This document shows, piece by piece, positions 1-8,345 of a stretch of DNA of 18,484 nt. The position numbers and the translations under genes were made by a program. Under the pieces are notes generated by a model, which was not told the origin of the DNA, made no database searches, and was given only the letters and a program-made list of their open reading frames with translations. Positions within the stretch are counted from its first letter, which is position 1. The number at the start of each line of letters is the position of its first letter. Where the stretch lies: NCBI GenBank assembly GCA_043810775.1, contig JBDRNU010000012.1, positions 1-18,484 on the forward strand. Reading direction: 5' to 3'. Source of the stretch: an archaeon (lineage in GTDB: Archaea; Nanobdellota; Nanobdellia; Pacearchaeales; GW2011-AR1).

Positions 1-1
1 A

Positions 2-340
2 AGAGAATTAGGTAATATGGGGAGTCCCTTTGCGAATTCTAAGTTGCAAGAAAGAGGAGTTGTGCCGATTGGGGATGAACTTGATTTTGAGTTAATTATA
101 GGCGAGAAGTATATTAGAGGCTTATCAGATCCTGGTGTAGATGGTCTTTCTGAAGCGATTATAAGACTTAGACTTAGAAATGAATTAACAAAGTATGTAG
201 AGAATAATCCTAATGGAGCAGAAGCATATTCCTACAATGGGATAAATTGCGACCAATCCAGAACGTCTAAAATATTTGGGATTTCTAGTACATCAATTAG
301 AGCTAATGTTAGAGTCCAATTTTATAGATTTGCTGATTAA
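2..340 (+). CDS. Hypothetical protein, probably 5'-truncated by the window edge
   Basis: Frame is open from position 2 (RELGN) through ATG 17 to TAA 340; no recognisable motif. Confidence 0.6.
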   Translation, partial: RELGNMGSPFANSKLQERGVVPIGDELDFELIIGEKYIRGLSDPGVDGLSEAIIRLRLRNELTKYVENNPNGAEAYSYNGINCDQSRTSKIFGISSTSIRANVRVQFYRFAD

Positions 341-347
341 TTCCTTT

Positions 348-372
348 AAAACAAACAATCAGATGATTTTTT
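348..372 (+). repeat. Intergenic direct repeat copy 1 (core AAACAATCAGATG 353-365)
   Basis: 22/25 identical to 1719-1743; both lie at or just after a stop codon. Confidence 0.5.
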
Positions 373-417
373 GGGTGATGACGGTAGTTTTATAAATGAG
401 AAAAGTGCCATAAAAAA

Positions 418-990
418 ATGAAGAATCCGCTTCAATTAGTAGATGATACATTAATGAATGGAGTAAATAAAGGTGTAAGGGCTTGGAATTGGACTACTGG
501 CAAGACTAAGGAGGATCTGGCAAAGTACATGCTTACTGTTGCTCCAATCTTTGAATGTACTGGATTTGCAACACTTGGCGGACCCCTATTATATCTTGGT
601 ATACCTTTATCTTTATACCTTTCGCACATAGATATTAATGAAAATAAAGAAATTGCAAATTTAGAACAAAAAGCTATTGAAGGCGGATGTTTGTCTAAAA
701 AAGTTGAAAATTCTAAAGAAAGAAATAAATTATTTGGATACTATTTTGGTGGGTCTGGTTTATTTAATATTGGTGTAGGTGAGCCAACAGGAAGTTTCTC
801 AAGTACACTTTTTGGTACTGGGTTCTTTATTAGGGGTAGTGCATATCATATAATGAGAGCAAATTCGTTACCCCCAAGAAAAAGTGTATTTTCAAGAACT
901 AAAGGTAAAATAGTTGAATATTTGCAAAGGCCTACTTTAGAGCCAGCTTTTGAACATGCTCAAATTCAAACGGATTTAAGAAGTTATTAA
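418..990 (+). CDS. Hypothetical membrane protein
   Basis: 190 aa with hydrophobic Gly-rich segments; TTTATAAA at 389, 29 nt before the ATG. Confidence 0.75.
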   Translation: MKNPLQLVDDTLMNGVNKGVRAWNWTTGKTKEDLAKYMLTVAPIFECTGFATLGGPLLYLGIPLSLYLSHIDINENKEIANLEQKAIEGGCLSKKVENSKERNKLFGYYFGGSGLFNIGVGEPTGSFSSTLFGTGFFIRGSAYHIMRANSLPPRKSVFSRTKGKIVEYLQRPTLEPAFEHAQIQTDLRSY

Positions 991-1089
991 AATTAAGAAA
1001 ACTTAAGAAAATAAAGAGTGTATAGAAAAACTAAATAATCACTAGATTTTTTACAATAACCTTTTAAATGTGACTTCTTTAATTAAATC

Positions 1090-1725
1090 ATGTCTATAAA
1101 TAAATACTTGTGTCCAATAAAAGAAGGAGATATTAAGGATATACCCACTCATTCTTCACTACATGTTGGAAATTTAAGAAATTCAGTTGATTTTACTTGT
1201 AATGAAGGGACAGAAATTGTAGCTGCTAGAGGGGGAGAGGTAGTGTGGATTAAGGATGATTCTAATGTGGGAGGATTGGATAAGAAATATATGAATGATG
1301 GAAATAGGGTAGTTATTAAACATGATAATGGAGAGTATACTGCTTACGAGCATTTAAAATACAAGGGTGTGACAGTAAAAGTTGGAGATAAAGTAGAAGA
1401 AGGAGAACTTGTAGGTTATGCAGGAAATACAGGGTACAGTTCTGCTCCACACTTACATTTTGAAGTATTTAAATGGACTAAAAAAAATCCTGACCCAACA
1501 AGAGACTTCGAGACTGTTGAAGTATCTTTTAAAAGGGGGAATGGAAAAGGTTTAGAACAAAAATTAGCTCTTGTAGTCTTATTTGGAGCTAGTTTGCTTT
1601 TTTTATCTTCTAATCTTACTGGTAACACCATTAGTAATCTATCTAGTACTACAATTAATTGGTTTGGAGGAGTTTTATTAGCTATTGGATTAATTGCAGC
1701 ATTCTTTTATTTTAAGAGAAAATAA
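1090..1725 (+). CDS. M23 family Zn metallopeptidase with a C-terminal two-helix membrane anchor
   Basis: HxxxxxxxxD (HVGNLRNSVD), GNRVVIKH, YEHL, G..GNTGYSSAPHLHFEV (HxH); two hydrophobic helices around LTGNTI and a basic KRK end. Confidence 0.92.
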   Translation: MSINKYLCPIKEGDIKDIPTHSSLHVGNLRNSVDFTCNEGTEIVAARGGEVVWIKDDSNVGGLDKKYMNDGNRVVIKHDNGEYTAYEHLKYKGVTVKVGDKVEEGELVGYAGNTGYSSAPHLHFEVFKWTKKNPDPTRDFETVEVSFKRGNGKGLEQKLALVVLFGASLLFLSSNLTGNTISNLSSTTINWFGGVLLAIGLIAAFFYFKRK

Positions 1726-1743
1726 ACAATCAGATGGTTATTT
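1719..1743 (+). repeat. Intergenic direct repeat copy 2 (core 1724-1736)
   Basis: AAAATAAACAATCAGATGGTTATTT overlaps the M23 stop codon; imperfect palindrome. Confidence 0.5.
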
Positions 1744-1781
1744 ATAATCACATTTTTATACTTCTCTTATTTAATTAAGAA

Positions 1782-2429
1782 ATGCTCCCAAAAGAATATA
1801 CAAACGCCCCTATTAAAGGCACATTTAGATATGCTTATGAAACTATTGAATATGTATTAAAAAATCTTAATGGGAAAAAGGCTCTTGATTTTGGATGTGG
1901 AACAGGGAGATCTTCAAGAGTATTAAAAAAATTGGGGGCAGAGGTTACTGGGGTAGATATAAGACAAGATATGATTAAAGGATGTAAGGAACAGTTCCCA
2001 GATTCTAAGTTTGTATTGATTGGGAATAAACTTCCTTTTCAAGATAATTCTTTTGATATTGTAATAGCTAGTTTTGTTCACCTTGAAATATCTAATTTAG
2101 TTAAAATCAATGAATTCACAAAAGAAATTTTTAGAGTTTTAAAACCAGGAGGAAATTACTTAATATTGACTGCAAATCCAGAAATGTGGGGAAATTCCTA
2201 TGAAACTTTCTCTTCTGGTTTTCCAGAAAATTTTAATTATAAAAGTGGAGAAAAGGTAAATATTACAATGAAAACAATTCAAGGAGAGATAACTTTTCAA
2301 GACCATTATTGGAAAGAAAAAGATTACACTAGAGTCATTGAAAATATAGGATTTAAAGTCAAGAAAATAAGGAAAATAAGTGCTGAAAAATTCCCTGAAC
2401 CATTTTTATTAATAAGTAGCTTTAAGTAA
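1782..2429 (+). CDS. Class I SAM-dependent methyltransferase
   Basis: ALDFGCGTG motif I, GVDI motif II, LPFQDNSFDIV, RVLKPGG. Confidence 0.93.
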   Translation: MLPKEYTNAPIKGTFRYAYETIEYVLKNLNGKKALDFGCGTGRSSRVLKKLGAEVTGVDIRQDMIKGCKEQFPDSKFVLIGNKLPFQDNSFDIVIASFVHLEISNLVKINEFTKEIFRVLKPGGNYLILTANPEMWGNSYETFSSGFPENFNYKSGEKVNITMKTIQGEITFQDHYWKEKDYTRVIENIGFKVKKIRKISAEKFPEPFLLISSFK

Positions 2430-2498
2430 AGAATCGAGCAATCATTTGAAAAGATTTAAAAGTTTTAAATTCTTATACAATTATATGGTGGAACAAAA

Positions 2499-2666
2499 AT
2501 GAAGTTATTATCTAGAAAAACTGGTGTAATTCTTATTATTATTGGAGTATTAATGCAATTTATAAACATTATAACATATGGGTATTGGGGGATTGATATT
2601 GATATTTTCGGAGCTATTATTTTAATAATTGGTGTAATATTAACAATTGTTCGGTGGAAACATTAA
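2499..2666 (+). CDS. Small 55-aa two-TM membrane protein (not in ORF track)
   Basis: MKLLSRKTGVILIIIGVLMQFINIITYGYWGIDIDIFGAIILIIGVILTIVRWKH; GGTGG SD-like at 2487-2491; BRE/TATA-like GAAAAGATTTAAA near 2448-2460. Confidence 0.75.
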   Translation: MKLLSRKTGVILIIIGVLMQFINIITYGYWGIDIDIFGAIILIIGVILTIVRWKH

Positions 2667-2710
2667 GAGTAAACACTCAAGTAATTATTTATTTCACTTA
2701 CAGAATTAAA

Positions 2711-3583
2711 CTATAACCTAGCCTCTCCACGCTTTCTCATCCTATCAACTCGCTTTTTCTTTCTTGAAAAGAACCACCAAAAAAGACCAGTAACCACAAC
2801 TAGAAGAAGAATAATATAAATAATAGTCATTGATGAGCCATCCACTTTAGTGTAATTAAAATAAGAAGAATCAAAAGTCAGTGTCTTGCTCAATTCACGC
2901 CTTGTCCCTGTCTGGTCAGTATAAAGAATATTAATCAGTATTTCTCCGTCTTTAGGGATGGCTTTAAAATCAGCAGTAGTATACTCATTTGAATCTAGGT
3001 CACCTACAACAACCCTATTTGCACCTTCAATCTCAATATTGTCCTGCTTTGGAATTTCTAGAGTCAGGGCTTCTATATCTGTATCAGCAATATTCAGCAC
3101 TTCAATTACAAGCTCCTGAGTAGCATAGGAATACTTATCAATATGGAGCTCAAACTCAGCTCTTGAATCTTCAATATAAATTCTAAATTGTTTTGATATA
3201 ATCATGTCTTTGTTGGCATATTGAATTAGGGTTTCAATTGGATTATCTCCTTTTAACGCAGAATTATCTATGCGCACCTTATAAGGTGCTATTAAAAATG
3301 AGCCAAAATCTCGCTGATAAAATCCTGAATCTATAGTTACTTTTGCATTAGTATTAGGGTCAAAAATCAGGGGATATTTTTCTAAAAGCTCAAAAGACAT
3401 TGTAGCGCATTCTGGATTTGAAATATTGCTTACTTGAAAAACTATTTTAGCATACTCTCCTGGAATTGCAGGATATGGGTCCTGGCTAATCAGTGCTATG
3501 TAAGGATTGCAAATTTCTGCACTTACAAGTGCTAGATTCAGAATCATAACAAGCAAGATAATACTAAACACTCCTCTTTTCAT
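2711..3583 (-). CDS. Membrane-anchored surface protein, COG1361 S-layer-like
   Basis: N-terminal signal peptide (..LVSA|EI), QDPYPAIPGEY motif, beta-rich body, C-terminal TM followed by a basic tail. Confidence 0.7.
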   Translation of the reverse strand: MKRGVFSIILLVMILNLALVSAEICNPYIALISQDPYPAIPGEYAKIVFQVSNISNPECATMSFELLEKYPLIFDPNTNAKVTIDSGFYQRDFGSFLIAPYKVRIDNSALKGDNPIETLIQYANKDMIISKQFRIYIEDSRAEFELHIDKYSYATQELVIEVLNIADTDIEALTLEIPKQDNIEIEGANRVVVGDLDSNEYTTADFKAIPKDGEILINILYTDQTGTRRELSKTLTFDSSYFNYTKVDGSSMTIIYIILLLVVVTGLFWWFFSRKKKRVDRMRKRGEARL

Positions 3584-3604
3584 ATTTATTAAAATTTAAC
3601 ATAG

Positions 3605-3633
3605 TTTATAAAGTTTGGGGAAAAGTCTAAATA
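3605..3633. promoter_or_regulatory. Back-to-back archaeal BRE/TATA promoters
   Basis: TTTATAAA 3605-3612 is 29 nt from the minus-strand ATG 3583; GAAAAG-TCTAAATA has TATA at 3626, 29 nt from ATG 3655. Confidence 0.7.
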
Positions 3634-3654
3634 TTTCCTGATTCTAGAATTTGC

Positions 3655-4617
3655 ATGAAAAAGATTGTAACTTTTGGCGGTGGAGGTGGGCATGCAAAAG
3701 TGCTTAGAGCATTGAGAGATATAGAAGATATAACTATTACTGGAATCTGCCCTAGCACTGACTCTGGAGGCTCAACTGGTATTTTGCAAGAGCACTATGA
3801 TGGAAAAGGCTATTTAGGAGACCTGACTAAATGCATTGTTACCCTTTGCAAGGATGAGTTGCTCGCAAATGCGCTTTCTTATAGATATGAATCTGGTGCA
3901 CTGCACGGGCATTCTGTAAAGAATATACTTTTTCTTGCACTTGAAAAAACAGGGGATATTGACAAGGCTCTGAAAACAATATGGAAAATGTGTGATTTAG
4001 GAAATCATAGAATCATTCCTGTTACAAATGAAAAAGTAGAGCTTCATGCAAAACTAGACATTGGAAATCAAGTAATTGGAGAGACTAATATTGATAAAAT
4101 TGCTCAAAATCCTTTGTGGAATCCTGAAGTTCACTCTATTTCTGAGATACACTTGCATCCAGAAGTCAGAGCTTCAAATGATTCTATAAATGCCATCAAA
4201 GAGGCAGATTATATAATAATCTCTCCAGGAGACTTGTATTCGAGCATTATTCCGGTGCTTCTGCCTGTTGGAATTAAGGAGAGCATTCAAAATTCTAGTG
4301 CAAAAATTATTCTTATTCTTAATATTATGACAAAAAAAGGAGAAACCCATAATTATACAGCTGAAGATTTTATAGATAAAATAGAGAACAGGCTAGGAAG
4401 AAAAGCAGATTTTATATTCTGCAATAATGCTCCTATATCTGAGGGCATACTTCTAAAATACTCTCTAGAAAGCAAGATAGAACTAAGCTTGCCAGATTCA
4501 TCTAAAGATAAGAGAATAATACAAATGCCTCTTGCTGCTGTTGGAGAGGATGGGCAGATATATAGTAATCCTGAAGTTATTAAAAAGGCAGTTACAGACA
4601 TTTTCTTTAATAAATAA
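3655..4617 (+). CDS. yvcK: YvcK/GlmR (UPF0052, CofD-like) family protein
   Basis: IVTFGGGGG, DSGGSTGIL, GDL, GHSVKN, GETNID, ADYIIISPGDLYSSIIP, NIMTKKGET. Confidence 0.88.
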   Translation: MKKIVTFGGGGGHAKVLRALRDIEDITITGICPSTDSGGSTGILQEHYDGKGYLGDLTKCIVTLCKDELLANALSYRYESGALHGHSVKNILFLALEKTGDIDKALKTIWKMCDLGNHRIIPVTNEKVELHAKLDIGNQVIGETNIDKIAQNPLWNPEVHSISEIHLHPEVRASNDSINAIKEADYIIISPGDLYSSIIPVLLPVGIKESIQNSSAKIILILNIMTKKGETHNYTAEDFIDKIENRLGRKADFIFCNNAPISEGILLKYSLESKIELSLPDSSKDKRIIQMPLAAVGEDGQIYSNPEVIKKAVTDIFFNK

Positions 4618-4667
4618 TGGTAAAATCAAAACATAAACTTTAAAATATTTGTTTTCTTAATTATTCT

Positions 4668-4859
4668 ATGGATGAAAAAATAATTACAGGAATTATATTA
4701 ATTGCAGTGGGAATATTATTTTTCTTTAATAATAAGAATATTGGAGAGGGGGCTTATAAATTCTACAAATGGTTCTATACAAAAGAAAGATTAAAAATTA
4801 TGTTTAAGGTTTTAGGAGTTTTTTTAGTTCTTGGCGGACTGGCTTTGATTTTTCTTTAA
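4668..4859 (+). CDS. Small two-TM membrane protein
   Basis: 63 aa, two hydrophobic helices; TATA at 4639, 29 nt upstream. Confidence 0.75.
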   Translation: MDEKIITGIILIAVGILFFFNNKNIGEGAYKFYKWFYTKERLKIMFKVLGVFLVLGGLALIFL

Positions 4860-4902
4860 ATACAGAGATTAAGTTTATAAAGGAATATCTTATAGCAAAA
4901 TT

Positions 4903-5733
4903 ATGGCTAAGAAAACAGGGCTCTTAATATCAGGTGGAGGAAGCAAGACTGCGTGGATGGCAGGAACTTTAGGGGCCTTAGCAGAGATTCATGAATTTAT
5001 AGCAGATGTAATTATTTGCGGAAGCGGAAGCACAGTTTCAGCGGCACATTATTTATACAGAGATATAAAATCTCTGGAAATGGCCTGGAAAGAGGGAAAA
5101 GTAGCAGATAAGAATTTTATTAGCTATAAAAGAATGCCCTGGAACTGGGTGGACTTAGATTATTTACTTTATGATATTTGCGGAAAGCAGATTCCTTTTA
5201 ATGAACAAGCTTATCTTGAATCTGCAACTAAATTATTTATTGCAGCTACTAATAGGAATACTGGGGAAGTGGAGTATTTTGAAAAACCTCATCCTGATAA
5301 TCTTCCTGAAGTATGCAAGGCTTCATGTGCAATCCCAGGATTAAAGTGGGGCGGGGTTGGGATAAACGGGGAAATTTATTGTGATACCTATATTTCATCT
5401 TCACCGTTTTTCCATAAAAAGAAAGCAAAACAAGAGGGTATTGAAAGAAATATTATAATTAGTCCTGGAAAGCACAATAAGATTACTACTAGGCTAGAAA
5501 AATACTGGGTAAAAACAATGCCTAAAGAGTTTCAGAAAAGATATTATGAACAGCAAGAAGAGGCAAGAAGTTTAGAAAATAATATGGGAAATGAAGAAAT
5601 GCTAATAATTCCTAAAACTCCTCTAATTATAGATACATTTAGCAGAGATGCTGAAGAAATGAAGGAAGCTTACTTGCAAGGATATTCTGAAGTTGCAAGT
5701 GATAAAAATTTAATAGAATTTTTAAAGGAATAA
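4903..5733 (+). CDS. Patatin-like phospholipase family protein (variant motifs)
   Basis: LLISGGGSK, CGSGS nucleophile elbow, IAATN..TGEVEYF, ASCAIP, YCD. Confidence 0.85.
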   Translation: MAKKTGLLISGGGSKTAWMAGTLGALAEIHEFIADVIICGSGSTVSAAHYLYRDIKSLEMAWKEGKVADKNFISYKRMPWNWVDLDYLLYDICGKQIPFNEQAYLESATKLFIAATNRNTGEVEYFEKPHPDNLPEVCKASCAIPGLKWGGVGINGEIYCDTYISSSPFFHKKKAKQEGIERNIIISPGKHNKITTRLEKYWVKTMPKEFQKRYYEQQEEARSLENNMGNEEMLIIPKTPLIIDTFSRDAEEMKEAYLQGYSEVASDKNLIEFLKE

Positions 5734-5752
5734 TTAAAAAAAGCAAGAAAGC

Positions 5753-6514
5753 TTAAATCTTGAATAAAGGGGTGGGAAGTTCTCTTTCTGATACAGATAT
5801 TCTGGGGGAGAGATCTTTTCTTTCTTTTAGCACTTTAAAAGTTCCTAAAGCAAAGTCAGGAGTATTATTAACCTGGCTAAGGTGAGATAGAAGAATGTTG
5901 TTTAACTTAGGGGGGGCGTGCTCTAAAATACATAAAGCAGACTGTAAATTTGATAAATGCCCTTTATCACTTTTTATCCAGTTTTTCAGGAAATAAGGAT
6001 AAGGGCCACTTTCAAGCATCTGAATGTCGTGATTGGATTCAATGCAGAGAAAATCAGAATCAGATATATTATTAATTATATTTTGGCAGGCATAACCTGC
6101 ATCAGTTATAATTGAGACTTTTTTTCCATTAGAGACAGAGTAAGATACTGGGTCTTGCCCTAAATGAGATTTTGGAAAAGCCTGTATTTTCATGCCAGCT
6201 AGGCTGATTGTCTCATTATTTTTTATTAAGTTTAAATTATCATCTGAGCAAAGGAATCTGCTTTTTGCTGTTTTCTTAGTTGCATAGACTGGAATATTCA
6301 GCTGTCTAGATAAAACATCAGCTCCCCTTATATGATCTGAGTGCTCGTGAGTGATAAAGATTCCTTTTAGGTTTTCAGGAGATTCTTTAATACTAGCCAG
6401 TCTAAAGCAGATTTGTTTTGCACTTATTCCTGCATCTATTAAAATAGCTTCTTTGTCTTTTACAATGTAAAAGCAGTTTCCTGAAGATCCTGAAGATAAT
6501 GCTGAAATTTTCAT
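5753..6514 (-). CDS. MBL-fold metallo-hydrolase, YycJ/WalJ-like
   Basis: SGSSGNC, LIDAG, THEHSDH, ESNHD, GHLSN, HLS..NN. Start MKIS (6514) is favoured over 6532 by the TATA position (6546-6552). Confidence 0.9.
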   Translation of the reverse strand: MKISALSSGSSGNCFYIVKDKEAILIDAGISAKQICFRLASIKESPENLKGIFITHEHSDHIRGADVLSRQLNIPVYATKKTAKSRFLCSDDNLNLIKNNETISLAGMKIQAFPKSHLGQDPVSYSVSNGKKVSIITDAGYACQNIINNISDSDFLCIESNHDIQMLESGPYPYFLKNWIKSDKGHLSNLQSALCILEHAPPKLNNILLSHLSQVNNTPDFALGTFKVLKERKDLSPRISVSERELPTPLFKI

Positions 6515-6601
6515 TGTCTCTTTTTTTTTCATTAGATAGTGTAGATTATAAAGCTTGGGGTGGGGGGAAAGTTTTATAATATACCCTTTCTAAAAATAAT
6601 T

Positions 6602-6889
6602 ATGGATGAAAAGAGAGTAGAAAAGATGGGAATCTTAGAAAGAGGGGCGCTTGCTTTCTATATAGGCATGCAAGCGGGAATTCTGTATCCTCTTAATCGT
6701 ACAATAGGTAGGGGAATTGAGTGGTTTTTTAATGTAACCTTAGATAAAATTGATAAAGATTATAGGCCTATGAGAGTTGTTGAAAAAGAAAGGAAAGAGT
6801 TATGTAATAGTATAAGGAATGGCCTTAGAGCTGTCAGGGAAAATAATTCTAGAATTTATTATGATGATATTCTTCTGTATGGTCCTTGA
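6602..6889 (+). CDS. Hypothetical protein
   Basis: ATG 6602 lies 29 nt after TTTATAA (6573); the track's GTG 6560 is upstream of that promoter. Confidence 0.65.
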   Translation: MDEKRVEKMGILERGALAFYIGMQAGILYPLNRTIGRGIEWFFNVTLDKIDKDYRPMRVVEKERKELCNSIRNGLRAVRENNSRIYYDDILLYGP

Positions 6890-6959
6890 TTAAGGAAGGG
6901 GAAAGGCGGGGAGGTGGAAAATTAGAAAGGCTTAAAATTCTATATTACTACTCTTAATT

Positions 6960-7763
6960 ATGATAATAGACGCGCATTTACACCTGCCTTCAGTAAAAAA
7001 AGGGGAGAGTTTTGAAGATTCTAAAAAGAAGCTTCTTTCTGATTTAAAAGAAAGTAAGGTGGATTATGCTATAGTGATTCCAGATAATATTCATGGAGCT
7101 CCTATTGGAGATTTAGACACTAGCTTGAAATTATTTGAAAAAGAGAAAAATATATTCTTGCTTGGAACAATTGATATAAGAATAGAGGGAAAAGAAACAA
7201 TAGATAAATTAGATAAGTTAATGGAAGTGGGAAAAATTAAAGGTATTAAGATTTTTCCTGGGCATGACCCTATTTATCCAATTGATGAAGGACTATCTCC
7301 ACTATACAGACTCTGCATAAAATATGATTATCCCCTAGTGATTCACACTGGTTGTAACTCAGCCAATCCTGAAGCTGCAAAATATAATGATCCAAAGTAT
7401 ATTGTAGAAATAGCTAAAAAGTATCCTAAATTGAAAATTGTAATTAGCCATTATTTCTGGCCAGAAGTTGAATACTGCTACAAGCTAACTATAAAATTAG
7501 ATAATATTTACTATGATACTTCAGCTTTGGCTGACAAGGAAGTACTTGAAGAAACAGGAGAAAAAATAATGAGAAAATTTTTAACTAATACTATTGAAGA
7601 AAAACCAAGTAATGTAATGTTTGGAACTGATTATGCGATGTGCAACATTAAAGACCATATTAATTTGATTAACTCATTGAAAATTTCCAAAGAAAATAAA
7701 GAAAAAGTATTTTGGAAAAATGCAGTTAAGCTGTATAGGTTAAAGTTAAAAATAAAAAATTAA
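6960..7763 (+). CDS. Amidohydrolase_2 family metal-dependent hydrolase (COG2159-like)
   Basis: IIDAHLH, GIKIFPG, LVIHTG, VISH, YYDTS, MFGTDY. Confidence 0.92.
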   Translation: MIIDAHLHLPSVKKGESFEDSKKKLLSDLKESKVDYAIVIPDNIHGAPIGDLDTSLKLFEKEKNIFLLGTIDIRIEGKETIDKLDKLMEVGKIKGIKIFPGHDPIYPIDEGLSPLYRLCIKYDYPLVIHTGCNSANPEAAKYNDPKYIVEIAKKYPKLKIVISHYFWPEVEYCYKLTIKLDNIYYDTSALADKEVLEETGEKIMRKFLTNTIEEKPSNVMFGTDYAMCNIKDHINLINSLKISKENKEKVFWKNAVKLYRLKLKIKN

Positions 7764-8242
7764 GGTCGGAATTGAGACTGCTGATAATACTTATTGCATA
7801 GTTCTTGGTTTCTCCTGATTTCTGGTGTATAGTTTGGAGCAATCACAGGCATTCCAGGACGCGCATAACTAGAATTTCTGTTCTGAAGCGCTTGTAACCT
7901 ACCAGCTTCCTGACAGTGCTGTCTGCTAAGTTCAATCTGGCTAAAATGCCCCATACCTATATTTGCAGCCATTCCAGCTGCTCCAATTGCGCGAGGATTT
8001 GGAATAGGCTGGTGATGATTAAATACAGGCTGGCTGTTGTTGTAACATCTTAGATTTATATGTGATCCGTAAGGCGGATGCTGGTTATATTGCATTTGAC
8101 ACTCTGTCCCAGGTCTTATGCCTGCCCTAATTCCTCCAGGCATGGGGGCAATAAATGGTCCCTGAGCTTCAGCAGATTTAGAAAAACCAAAAGCAGTGGC
8201 TAAAGTTATTGCAGCAATTACAATTTTTTTTTCTAAATTCAT
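7760..8242 (-). CDS. Secreted Gln/Asn/Pro-rich hypothetical protein
   Basis: Likely start MNLEKK at 8242 with AGGAGGT SD (8248-8254); signal peptide ending AEA|Q; four Cys. Confidence 0.75.
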   Translation of the reverse strand: MNLEKKIVIAAITLATAFGFSKSAEAQGPFIAPMPGGIRAGIRPGTECQMQYNQHPPYGSHINLRCYNNSQPVFNHHQPIPNPRAIGAAGMAANIGMGHFSQIELSRQHCQEAGRLQALQNRNSSYARPGMPVIAPNYTPEIRRNQELCNKYYQQSQFRP

Positions 8243-8345
8243 TTTAAACCTCCTATAGATTAGAGATATATTTAGTATATAAAAGATAACCAACGTAATT
8301 GACGGCGACAAAAAAGTTTATAAGCTAGAAACACTAAATAACTAA

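Noticed and set aside
348-2690. Classical integron attC sites
   Set aside because: No RYYYAAC...GTTRRRY pairs enclosing long hairpins and no integrase in the window.
3655-4617. CofD (F420 biosynthesis) call
   Set aside because: DSGGSTG, GETNID and NIMTKKGET motifs fit the YvcK branch, and there are no other F420 genes nearby.
6560-6601. GTG start for the 109-aa ORF
   Set aside because: It lies upstream of the TATA box; ATG 6602 fits the 29-nt spacing.
8243-8311. N-terminal extension MSPSITL.. of the 183-aa ORF
   Set aside because: It spans the divergent promoter region; the SD and signal peptide point to ATG 8242.
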